Origin: Armatimonadota bacterium
Lineage (GTDB): Bacteria; Armatimonadota; SYMT01
DNA: 64,000 nt
Reading direction: 5' to 3'
Assembly: GCA_041690135.1 (NCBI GenBank)
Contig: JAWLHY010000009.1
Location: forward strand, 256,001 to 320,000
A model generated the notes under the pieces. It was not told the DNA's origin, did not search any database, and saw only the letters and a program-made list of their open reading frames with translations. Shown piece by piece: positions 46,388 through 55,528 of the stretch (position 1 is its first letter; every line of letters begins with the position of its first letter). Position numbers and translations under genes: made by a program.

Positions 46388-48568
46388 ATGGCAGAACGAA
46401 GACTTGGGACCTGGAAGCTGCTGATCCCCGCGGTTGCCCTGGGTGCGGTTGGCTGGTCGGAGCTGGCAGAGGCCGGACGTCCAGGTCTTACCGCCGGCAA
46501 TGATTACTGGAGCGTGGAGAGTGATGCGGAGCGAAGGGCTCTCCCGAAGTACCAGGTGATTCCGGCGGCCCGTCCCGCGGAGTTGACCCCGGCCGGGGAA
46601 GGAAGGGACCTGCGGAGTGGACGGAACTGGCCGCGGTCTCACGGTGGCGACGCGGGAACCCGGTACTCCACCTTGAGCCAGATTGACCGCCGCAACGTGA
46701 GCGAGCTTCAGGTCGCCTGGACCTATCGCTCCAAAGACGGCACCGGCAATATCCAGTGCAATCCGATCGTGGTGGACGGCGTGATGTATGCGCCCACGGT
46801 GGGGCACAACGTGGTGGCCGTGAATGCGGAGACCGGACAGGAGATCTGGCGGTTCCGACCCGAAGGGCAGCCAGCCTTCCGCGGCCTCACTTACTGGCCG
46901 GGAGATGGTCGAAACGCTGCGCGTCTCCTGTTCAACGCCGGGAATGACCTGTGGTCGCTCGATGCGAAAACGGGGCAGCCGGTGACCTCCTTCGGCCAGA
47001 AGGGGAGGGTGCGCTCCGGCCATTTCCGGGTCGCGCCGGCCGTCTACCGCGATGTGATCGTGATCGCCGGGTACGACCGGGACGTCTTCGGTTTCGAACT
47101 GCTGACCGGGAAGCCGCTCTGGACATTCCACACCATCCCCCAGCCGGGCGAATTCGGGTACGACACGTGGGACGGGCCGGAGCAGGGCGCCAACTGCTGG
47201 GGCGGCATCGCGCTGGACGGCGAGCGAGGCATTGCCTACATCGCGACCGGTTCCCCCAAGCCGAACTACGATGGCGCGGGCCACTGGGGCGACAATCTCT
47301 TCTCCAACTGTCTGATTGCGCTCGATGCGCAGACCGGCCGCCGCCTCTGGCACTTCCAGGAGATCCGCCACGACATCTGGGACATGGATCTCCCCGCGCC
47401 CCCGGTGCTGGTCTCCGTGAAGCGCGCCGGGAAGAAGGTGGATGCCGTCGCTACGGTCACGAAACTGGGCAACACACTTCTGCTGGACCGGGTCACCGGC
47501 AAGCCGCTGTTTCCGTTTCGTCTGCGCCGCGCTCCCACGTCCAGACTGCCCGGGGAGCGGACCTCGCCCTATCAACCGGACCTGGAACTTCCGCAGCCGT
47601 TCTCCCGGCAGGTGTTCGGTCCGAACGACGTGACCAACATTTCTCCCGAGGCGCGGGAATTCATCTCGAAGCGGGTCCGCTCCGCGAACTACGGCTGGTT
47701 CCAGGCCTTCGAGCCCGGAAAGCCGACCGTTTACTACGGCGTGCATGGGGGCGGGGAGTGGACCGGGGCCTCGTTCGATCCTACCAGCGGTTACCTCTAC
47801 ATCAATGCCAACGAGTTGCCGTGGATCATCACGGTGATCCCGCATACGGCGCGGGTGAAACGCGACCCGCAACAGCCGCCGACGGCGGGGGAGCAGGTCT
47901 ATCGTCGCGAGTGCGTTTCCTGCCACGGATCGGAACGGGAGGGCGTGGGGGTCGCGCCGCCGTTGCTGGCGCTCGACTTCCGGATGAAGGATGCGGACCT
48001 GGTGCGCCTGCTGAAGACGGGCCGTGGCGGCACCCACCCGAGGTTCTCCCTGGCGGCGGCCGATGAGAGAACCCTGCTGGAGTACGTCTTCGACCGGGAT
48101 CGGCCGGCAGTCGCTGTGGACCGCGGTAAGCGGCCGGAGTACACCTTCCTGGGTTTCCAAAAGCTGCTGGATGAAAACGGCTATCCCGGCAGCAAGCCGC
48201 CCTGGGGAACGCTCAACGCGCTCGACCTGAACACCGGGAAGCTGGTCTGGAAGGTGCCGTTGGGTGAGTATCCCGAACTGACGCAGCGAGGGATCCCGAA
48301 AACCGGCACGGAGAATTTCGGTGGCGCCCTTTCGACGGCCGGTGGCCTGGTCTTCTGCGCGGGCACCCGGGACGAGAAAATCCGGGCCTTCGACGCGGCG
48401 ACCGGCAAGGAGCTGTGGGAGCACCGCTTGCCGTTCGGAGGCTACGCGCCTCCCGCGACGTATGAAGTGAAGGGTCGGCAATACGTGGTCATCCCCGCCA
48501 CCGGCGGGGGCAAGCTAGGCGGCCCGATGGGGGACGCCTACGTAGCCTTCGCCCTACCCCAACGTTAA
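46388..48568 (+). CDS. PQQ-dependent dehydrogenase (glucose/quinate type) with an inserted c-type cytochrome domain
   Basis: RYSTL.QI...NV..L.VAWT, WHFQ..HD.WD.D, GG.EW.G and PPWG.L.A.DL.TG motifs; CVSCH heme motif. Confidence 0.92.
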   Translation: MAERRLGTWKLLIPAVALGAVGWSELAEAGRPGLTAGNDYWSVESDAERRALPKYQVIPAARPAELTPAGEGRDLRSGRNWPRSHGGDAGTRYSTLSQIDRRNVSELQVAWTYRSKDGTGNIQCNPIVVDGVMYAPTVGHNVVAVNAETGQEIWRFRPEGQPAFRGLTYWPGDGRNAARLLFNAGNDLWSLDAKTGQPVTSFGQKGRVRSGHFRVAPAVYRDVIVIAGYDRDVFGFELLTGKPLWTFHTIPQPGEFGYDTWDGPEQGANCWGGIALDGERGIAYIATGSPKPNYDGAGHWGDNLFSNCLIALDAQTGRRLWHFQEIRHDIWDMDLPAPPVLVSVKRAGKKVDAVATVTKLGNTLLLDRVTGKPLFPFRLRRAPTSRLPGERTSPYQPDLELPQPFSRQVFGPNDVTNISPEAREFISKRVRSANYGWFQAFEPGKPTVYYGVHGGGEWTGASFDPTSGYLYINANELPWIITVIPHTARVKRDPQQPPTAGEQVYRRECVSCHGSEREGVGVAPPLLALDFRMKDADLVRLLKTGRGGTHPRFSLAAADERTLLEYVFDRDRPAVAVDRGKRPEYTFLGFQKLLDENGYPGSKPPWGTLNALDLNTGKLVWKVPLGEYPELTQRGIPKTGTENFGGALSTAGGLVFCAGTRDEKIRAFDAATGKELWEHRLPFGGYAPPATYEVKGRQYVVIPATGGGKLGGPMGDAYVAFALPQR

Positions 48569-48589
48569 ATTTCAATCCGGAGACCTGCG

Positions 48590-49474
48590 ATGGAAAGAAG
48601 AACGATCCTGAAGGGCACCCTCGGCGCCCTGGCCTGTGCCGGCATGAGCGGTGGTGTGCCGGCTTCCGCCGCGGAGCGGAAGCGCACCGGGCGCGACTTG
48701 TTCGCGAAGGACAATCTGATCGCCTGGTGCATCGTCCCGTTCGACGCGAAGAAGCGGGGGCCGGAGGAGCGCGCCGAGATGCTCAAACAACTCGGCATCC
48801 AGCGCCTCGCCTATGACTGGCGGGCGGAGCACATCCCCACCTTCGACCAGGAGCTGGATGCCCTCCAGAAGCGGGGGATCACCCTGGACGCCTTCTGGTG
48901 CCCGTGCGGGCCGGAGCCGGAGAAGGAAGGACATGTCACGGCGATCCTCGACTTTGTCCGGCGGAGGAAGTTGAAGACGCAGTTGTGGGTTTTGACCGGA
49001 GTAGGAGACCAGGGCAGCCAGCAGGAGAAGGTTGCGCGCGCCGCGAAGCCGCTCGCGTGGATGGCCGACGAGGCCGCTAAGCTTGGCTGTTCCGTGGGTC
49101 TCTACAACCACGGCGGCTGGTTCGGGGAGCCTGAGAACCAGATCGAAATCATCGAGGCGCTGGGCAAGAAGAACGTCGGCATCGTCTACAACTTCCACCA
49201 CGGGCACCCGCACATCGACCGCTTCCGCCCGATGTTCGCCAGGATGCAGCCGCACCTGATCGCCCTCAATATCAACGGAATGATGAAGAGCGGCAATCCC
49301 AAGATCCTCGGCGTCGGCAAAGGCGAGGTCGATCTCGACCTGCTGACTGTGGTGGCAAAGAGCGGCTGGAGCGGTCCCATTGGCATCCTTGGCCACCGCG
49401 CTGAGCTGGATGCTGAAGTGGCCCTCAAGGAAAACCTGGACGGCCTGGAATTGCTCAAGCCCCGGTTACCCTGA
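48590..49474 (+). CDS. Xylose-isomerase-like TIM barrel protein (sugar phosphate isomerase/epimerase), Tat-like signal
   Basis: MERRTILK signal, YNHGGWFGEPEN, VYNFHHGH, G.G.VD. Confidence 0.85.
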   Translation: MERRTILKGTLGALACAGMSGGVPASAAERKRTGRDLFAKDNLIAWCIVPFDAKKRGPEERAEMLKQLGIQRLAYDWRAEHIPTFDQELDALQKRGITLDAFWCPCGPEPEKEGHVTAILDFVRRRKLKTQLWVLTGVGDQGSQQEKVARAAKPLAWMADEAAKLGCSVGLYNHGGWFGEPENQIEIIEALGKKNVGIVYNFHHGHPHIDRFRPMFARMQPHLIALNINGMMKSGNPKILGVGKGEVDLDLLTVVAKSGWSGPIGILGHRAELDAEVALKENLDGLELLKPRLP

Positions 49475-49922
49475 CCTGACCTGGATCTTGAGGAGTTTCG
49501 AAGGCGCTGCGCGACTGAAGGTCCGCGGCGCCGTACCTTTGGCCACCGAATGGGTGGGCACTCCCTCTCCGGTCCGCTCTCGGGACAAACCGCCGCCGGC
49601 CTATTCGCTGGTGCAGTGACTGGCATTGCCTTTGGATCTCGATGCCTTATCGTCAGTGGCGAGTGCCCTCATCGGCGGATCCACAGCGGATTTCAAGTGA
49701 CATTTTTCACTCTTGGAACGGCGCCGGCAGGGGAATATTCTCTTGACCGCCCGTAGACCTCCGCAGCACGGGTAGTCCAGGCTCCCCCGCGGGCAACCAT
49801 CTCTCGAACCGGGACGATCAGCCTCCCCGCCGCCACCAAGTGTTTGCAAAATGTTCATCAATCGGCAGCCGGGTTGTCGTTCGGGGGAGGGTGAATGCCT
49901 GCTCGTTTGGAAAGGCAAATCC

Positions 49923-51293
49923 ATGAAGCGTCACCGCACCGTCGCGGCGGCGATTACGACCTCACTTCTGGTTGGCGGCACCATCGCCCTTGCGACCGCG
50001 TCACCGGCCAACATCCCCAACCTCAAGGCGTTCGCGAACCCAACGGGCGACTCGCACACCTTTGGGGCGGATGGGCAACTTCCCCTCGACAATCCTTTCT
50101 TCCAGAGCCTCGGCACGAACGGCCGCGCCTGCGTCCATTGCCACCAGCCCGGTGAAGGATGGGGGATCACTCCGGCCGGTGTCCAGGCCCGCTTCGAAGC
50201 TACGGAGGGTCTCGATCCGATCTTCCGCACCAACGACGGCTCGAACTCACCCCTTGCGGACGTCTCCACGGTGGAGGCCCGGCGGCAGGCCTACAGCATG
50301 CTGCTGAACAAAGGCCTGATCCGGGTAGGCATCGGAGTTCCGGCCGGCGCGGAATTTACTCTTACAGCCGTGGACGATCCCTACGGCTACGCGCATGTGG
50401 GAGAGTTGTCGCTGTTCCGGCGACCCCTGCCCTCCACCAATCTGCGCTATATGACCGCCATTATGTGGGACGGACGCCAGTCCCCCGCGGGCCGGAGCAT
50501 GGAAGACAACCTTATCGAGCAGGCTCGAGGCGCAACGCTGGGGCATGCGGAAGCCGCCACATCGCCAACGGATGCACAGCTTCGGGAGATCGTCCGGTTC
50601 GAAACGGGCCTGTTCACCGCCCAGTGCCGGGATTCGGATTGCGGCCAGCTTCATAGTCAGGGCGCGAAAGGCGGCGCGCAGGTCCTGGCAAAGGTCCCGT
50701 TCCACCCCGGTATCAATGATCCGATCCTCCCGGACCCCTCCGGCCAGCCTTCGACCCCGATCGTCATGACGTTGTTCGATGGTTGGAGCCGCGACAGCCG
50801 GAAATCCGCCCAGGCCGTGCGGCGTCAGGCCGTCGTGCGGGGACAGGCCCTGTTCAATTCGCGGCAGTTCGCAATCACGGGTGTCTCGGGGCTCAACGAC
50901 GAGCTGGGACAGCCTTTGATCATGGGCACCTGTTCCACCTGCCACAACACGCCCAACGTCGGAAACCACTCGATGCCCCGGGCGCTGGATATCGGCCTGA
51001 CCGATGCCTCGCTGCGGACCCCGGATATGCCGCTCTATACGCTCCGGAACAACACCACGGGTGAAATCCGGCTTACAACCGATCCCGGAAGGGCGTTGAT
51101 CACCGGGAAATGGAAGGACGTGGGTCGCTTCAAGGGAGCGGTGCTCCGTGGTCTTGCCGCGCGGGCTCCCTATTTCCACAATGGGCTGGCCGCAAGCCTC
51201 ATGGACGTGGTGGACTTCTACGACAGCCGCTTCAGTATGGGTCTTACCGCACAGGAAAAGGCGGACCTTGTTGCCTTCATGCGGTCCCTCTAG
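49923..51293 (+). CDS. Secreted di-heme cytochrome c of the bCcP/MauG superfamily
   Basis: CVHCH and CSTCH heme motifs; MWDGR, DPGRA.ITG, FK...LR.L...APYFHNG, DVVDFY. Confidence 0.85.
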   Translation: MKRHRTVAAAITTSLLVGGTIALATASPANIPNLKAFANPTGDSHTFGADGQLPLDNPFFQSLGTNGRACVHCHQPGEGWGITPAGVQARFEATEGLDPIFRTNDGSNSPLADVSTVEARRQAYSMLLNKGLIRVGIGVPAGAEFTLTAVDDPYGYAHVGELSLFRRPLPSTNLRYMTAIMWDGRQSPAGRSMEDNLIEQARGATLGHAEAATSPTDAQLREIVRFETGLFTAQCRDSDCGQLHSQGAKGGAQVLAKVPFHPGINDPILPDPSGQPSTPIVMTLFDGWSRDSRKSAQAVRRQAVVRGQALFNSRQFAITGVSGLNDELGQPLIMGTCSTCHNTPNVGNHSMPRALDIGLTDASLRTPDMPLYTLRNNTTGEIRLTTDPGRALITGKWKDVGRFKGAVLRGLAARAPYFHNGLAASLMDVVDFYDSRFSMGLTAQEKADLVAFMRSL

Positions 51294-51350
51294 CCGGGTG
51301 GTTTAGAGAATCGGACCTCGCCGACAGTGACCCAGGCTCGCGGGCCTGGG

Positions 51351-51761
51351 TCACTCCGTCCGTGGGGCGGAGGTGGCGACCAGAAGCTGCTCCACCTCCG
51401 CCGGCAACTCGGGGCGGCCGCGCTGGTTTAGCGCCGTGCCGATCACTTTCGCCCGGAGGACCGGTTTCTCGTCCGGAAGGCGCAAGATCTCCTGGTTGAA
51501 GCCGAACCGGAGACGCGAGATTCGCTCCGTCGTCAGCCGCACCTCGAACCGGTCGCCGCTGCGCAGCGGATAGAGGTAGTCCAGCTCGATCCGGACCACC
51601 ACCAGGTCCACCCCGCGCCGCGAGAGGTCCGCGAAGTCAAGGCCGTTCTGCTTCAGGAAAACGTGCCGGGTGTGCTCCAGGTAGTTCTGATAGACGGCGT
51701 TGTTCACGATCCCCTGCAGGTCGCACTCATAGTCGCGAACCTCGAACTCCAGCTTGAACAC
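51351..51761 (-). CDS. Acyl-CoA thioesterase (4HBT/YbgC-FadM hotdog fold)
   Basis: GTG 51761 after AGGAG. VRDYECDLQGIVNNAVY..YLEHTR and DY..PLRSGD. Confidence 0.92.
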   Translation of the reverse strand: MFKLEFEVRDYECDLQGIVNNAVYQNYLEHTRHVFLKQNGLDFADLSRRGVDLVVVRIELDYLYPLRSGDRFEVRLTTERISRLRFGFNQEILRLPDEKPVLRAKVIGTALNQRGRPELPAEVEQLLVATSAPRTE

Positions 51762-52288
51762 GCTTGCGCTCCTATCATGCGAGGCGGTGGCTACTTCTCC
51801 AAGCCGAAGCCGAGCCTCTCTCCAGGGGAGTATATACCAGTCAGGCCTCCTCTGCTCCGGCAAGCTGTGCGGCGCCCGCACCCCGCCTGTAACTGTAAAT
51901 AACCTAATCATCACTGCGGGGAGGGGTAGAACCCAACTGCCTTCACAGACCACCACCGCCACATAGCCGAAGCACGGCCCTTCCGTGCCAGCACCTTATT
52001 ACCCGACGCGGCAGGCCCCCTGGTCGGGGAAGTTGTGATGGACGAGGACTCCTCATCCTTATCCTGGTCCTAATCCATCCGGGGCCCCCTGGTCAGGGGA
52101 GTGGCAATTACACGGACGTGGTAACCACATTCCACCCCGACCACATTCCCAACTACGAAGCCAAAACCCGTCAGAAGGAGTGCCGAACCTGCTCCTCCAA
52201 CTCAGTGGAGAACCTCCGGAACGCGAACCGTTGAGAGTGTCGAGTCTTGCGAGGGGAGAAAGCGGCAATGCTCGGGAACAGCAGGGGT

Positions 52289-53620
52289 GTGAAGAAACTG
52301 GCAGCACTTACGCTCTTGGCGTCTACGGTCGCGGCGTGGGGTGCCTCGGAACCCATGCAGCCGGCGGATTTGAAGATTACAGGCGATTGGGAAATCACCG
52401 TTGCGGTTCCGGGCCGGAAAAGCGGCGAGGCGAAACTGCGGATCCCGCCTTCGGAGATGATCGCCGTCAACGGTGAAAAGTACGACGCACTGCCGCTCTT
52501 CAACCCGCGCGCCGGCGGCTGGATGCGGGGCGCCCGCCTGAAGCCGCTGATCGCCCAGGAGACCACGACGCCCTACCTTCTCGATCCGGCCAGCCTGACC
52601 GTGCGCGCGAGCGCCGAGGCGGCGGCGGAAACGTTCACGCGCGGCAAGGATTACGAGGCGGACCTCGATTGGGGGACCGTGGGCCGCCTGGCCAGTGGCC
52701 GGATCCGCGAGGGACAGCCGGTCTACATCAGCTACCGCTACGCACCACAGCGTCTCGACTCGATCGTGCTCACCCGGAGTGGGAAGATCGAGTTGCGCCG
52801 CGGGGAACCTCGTACATCCGCGGCCGCTCCCCCGGACTTGCCCGCAGGCGAACGGCGACTGGCGAATGTGTGGTTGCCCGGACGAGTGGCGAAATTGGCG
52901 CCGGAGCATCTGTTCCCGATCCTGGAGACGGAGTACCCGCGGTCCGCTCCCGCCGGTCCCTCCGTGGCCGAGAAGCTGCTGCCGAAGACGCTCAAGAAGC
53001 TCCGTTCCGGGGAGCCGCTGCGGATCCTGGCCTGGGGAGACAGCGTCACGGTGGGCACCTACGTTCCGGACCCGGAGCGCAACCGCTGGCAGGCGCAGTT
53101 CGTCGCCCGGCTCCGGGAGCGGTTCCCGAAGGCGAAGATCGAGCTGGTTACCGAAGCCTGGGGAGGCCGGAACACGGGGTCCTACCTGGCGGAGCCTCCC
53201 GGCAGCGAGCACAACTACCAGGAAAAGGTGCTTGCGGCGAAGCCGGACCTGGTCGTTTCCGAGTTCGTTAACGACGCCGGCCTGAACCCGTCGCAAGTCG
53301 AGGAGCGGTACGGCAAGCTGCTCCACGACTTTCGCGGGCTCGGGGCGGAGTGGATCATCCTCACACCGCACTACGTCCGACCGGACTGGATGGGCCTGAA
53401 CCGGGAGCGCGATATCGACCAGGACCCCCGCCCTTACGTCGCCGGTCTCCGCCAGTTCGCACCCAAGCATGGCGTGGCGCTCGCGGACGCCTCCCTCCGC
53501 TACGGCCGCCTCTGGCGCCAGGGCATTCCCTACACCACCCTGATGCTCAACTCGATCAACCACCCCGACGCCCGTGGAATGGCGATCTTCGCCGAATCGC
53601 TGATGGAACTGTTTCCCTGA
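52289..53620 (+). CDS. Secreted SGNH/GDSL hydrolase with an N-terminal beta domain
   Basis: Block I WGDSVT, block III EFVND, block V NHPD..G; signal peptide from GTG 52289. Confidence 0.88.
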   Translation: MKKLAALTLLASTVAAWGASEPMQPADLKITGDWEITVAVPGRKSGEAKLRIPPSEMIAVNGEKYDALPLFNPRAGGWMRGARLKPLIAQETTTPYLLDPASLTVRASAEAAAETFTRGKDYEADLDWGTVGRLASGRIREGQPVYISYRYAPQRLDSIVLTRSGKIELRRGEPRTSAAAPPDLPAGERRLANVWLPGRVAKLAPEHLFPILETEYPRSAPAGPSVAEKLLPKTLKKLRSGEPLRILAWGDSVTVGTYVPDPERNRWQAQFVARLRERFPKAKIELVTEAWGGRNTGSYLAEPPGSEHNYQEKVLAAKPDLVVSEFVNDAGLNPSQVEERYGKLLHDFRGLGAEWIILTPHYVRPDWMGLNRERDIDQDPRPYVAGLRQFAPKHGVALADASLRYGRLWRQGIPYTTLMLNSINHPDARGMAIFAESLMELFP

Positions 53621-53656
53621 AGTCTCCATCGTACAATAGTGAAGGGGGAGAACGCG

Positions 53657-53959
53657 ATGCCGCTTACTACTGACACCAATCTTTCGCCTCTAGGCGAGCA
53701 GGCAAGGAATATCTACGAGGCGAGGCTCAGATCTTTGTTAGAGCGGGATCATATGGGTCAGGCAGTTGCTATTCACGTAGACACGGGCGACTATGCGGTC
53801 GCTTCCAGCCACAGCGAGGCAGCCGGTTTATTGCTTACCCGCCACGAGCGAGACGGGCGAATTGTGACCTTGACAATCGGTCCACCAACTGATACTGACC
53901 TTCGACTTGCAGCACGGATCGCCGCTAGCCAGAAAATGCTGATTGAGTTTCCCGGCTAG
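53657..53959 (+). CDS. Small conserved hypothetical protein (DUF5678-like)
   Basis: IYE..LR..LE..H.GQ.VAI.VDTGDY pattern; GGGGAG RBS; AT-richer codon use. Confidence 0.7.
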   Translation: MPLTTDTNLSPLGEQARNIYEARLRSLLERDHMGQAVAIHVDTGDYAVASSHSEAAGLLLTRHERDGRIVTLTIGPPTDTDLRLAARIAASQKMLIEFPG

Positions 53960-53971
53960 GTAGGTTTGCCC

Positions 53972-55528
53972 TCAAGCGAGGATCCCATTTACGACCTTTC
54001 CCTCGTTGGTGGGGCCGATGAGGCGGTTGTTGAGGCCCTGGTAGGTGTAGTGGAAGCGGTAGGGGTCGAGGCCGAGCCGGTTCAGGATCGTCGCCTGGAG
54101 GTCCCGGACGGTGACCTTGTCCTTCACGATGTAGTAGCCGAGCTCATCCGTTTCCCCAAAGGCCAGGCCCGACTTGATCCCGCCCCCGGCCATCCACATG
54201 GTGAAGGCGAAGGGATGATGGTCGCGGCCGATGAAGCCCTTCGCCCGCTCCGTGCGGACGTTGTTCTGCATCATGGGGGTGCGACCGAACTCGCCGCCCC
54301 ACACCACCAGGGTGCTGTCGAGCAGGCCCCGCTGCTTCAGGTCGGCCAGGAGGCCCGCCACGGCGCGGTCGATCTGCCGGCACTTGATAGGGAGCGTCTC
54401 GTCGATCGACTCACCCGGTGAGCTGCCGTGGTGGTCCCAGCCCCAGTCGTAGAGCTGGACGAAGCGGACGCCGCGCTCCACGAGCCGCCGGGCCAGGAGG
54501 CAGTTGTTGGCGAAGGTGGCGTCTTCCCCCTTGTAGTCGGCGCGGGGGTCGTCCTTCCCTTCGATGTTGGAGACGTGGCCCGGCTTAGCACCGTACAGGT
54601 CGAGGACGTGCCGCGGCTCCTTCGAGATGTCCATCACGTCCGGGACGGAGACCTGCATCCGGAACGCCAGCTCGTACTGTTCGATGCGCGTGAGCGTCTC
54701 GGCATCGCCGACTTTCTTGAGCTGGTACTCGTTCAGGTCCTTCAGCGCGTCCAGGGTCTTGCGTCGGAGGTTGCGGTCGATCCCCGCCGGGTTGGAGAGG
54801 AACAGCACCGGGTCGCCGCCGTCCGTGCGGCACTGCACGCCCTGGTACACGGTCGGCAGGAAGCCGCTGCCCCACACGCTCTTGCCGGCGTCCGGCGACT
54901 TCCCACCGGAGGTGAGCACCACGAAGCCGGGGAGATCCTGGTTGACGCTACCGAGACCATAGGTGGCCCAGGCCCCCATGCTGGGATAGCCGAAACGGGG
55001 CTGCCCGGTGTGGAGATAGAGTTGCGCCGGCGCGTGGTTGAACTGGTCGGTCGTCATGGAGCGGATGACGCAGAGGTCATCCGCCTTTGCCGCTAGATGG
55101 GGCAGCAGCTCGCTGACCCACTGGCCGCTCTGGCCGTGCTGTTTGAACTTGAACACCGGCCCGAGCATCTTGGGGACGCCCTTGATGAACGCGAACCGCT
55201 TCCCCTTGAGGAACTCCTCCGGGCAGTCCTGGCCATCATACTTGATCAACTCGGGCTTGTGCTCGAACAACTCCAACTGGGAAGGCGATCCCGCCATGTG
55301 AAGGTAGATGACCGCCTTGGCCTGGGGCGGAAGCATCGGCGCCCGGGGGCTGAGTGGGCCCGGCTTCGGCGCCCCGGCCGGTGATCCGGCGGCCGGCGCG
55401 GCGTTGCCGTCGCTCTGGAGCAGGGTGCTGAGGGCCATGTTGCCCACCCCAAGCCCGATGCCGCCGAAGAACTGGCGGCGGGTCACTGCCTGGGCCTGAA
55501 GTAATCGGAGTTCGTCTTGGGGATTCAT
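53972..55528 (-). CDS. DUF1501 family protein (Tat, sulfatase-like fold)
   Basis: TRRQFF, YLHMAGSPSQLE, ARRLVERGVRFVQL, WDHH, WGGEFGRTP, GRDHHP. Confidence 0.95.
   Translation of the reverse strand: MNPQDELRLLQAQAVTRRQFFGGIGLGVGNMALSTLLQSDGNAAPAAGSPAGAPKPGPLSPRAPMLPPQAKAVIYLHMAGSPSQLELFEHKPELIKYDGQDCPEEFLKGKRFAFIKGVPKMLGPVFKFKQHGQSGQWVSELLPHLAAKADDLCVIRSMTTDQFNHAPAQLYLHTGQPRFGYPSMGAWATYGLGSVNQDLPGFVVLTSGGKSPDAGKSVWGSGFLPTVYQGVQCRTDGGDPVLFLSNPAGIDRNLRRKTLDALKDLNEYQLKKVGDAETLTRIEQYELAFRMQVSVPDVMDISKEPRHVLDLYGAKPGHVSNIEGKDDPRADYKGEDATFANNCLLARRLVERGVRFVQLYDWGWDHHGSSPGESIDETLPIKCRQIDRAVAGLLADLKQRGLLDSTLVVWGGEFGRTPMMQNNVRTERAKGFIGRDHHPFAFTMWMAGGGIKSGLAFGETDELGYYIVKDKVTVRDLQATILNRLGLDPYRFHYTYQGLNNRLIGPTNEGKVVNGILA

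Noticed and set aside
49620-49637. Sigma-54 promoter TGGCAT...TTTGG
   Set aside because: The -12 position reads GG rather than the required GC.
49905-49930. c-di-GMP-I riboswitch suggested by GGCAAA
   Set aside because: The GNRA-capped stem and downstream GCAAAGC element are absent; the motif sits in the RBS region.
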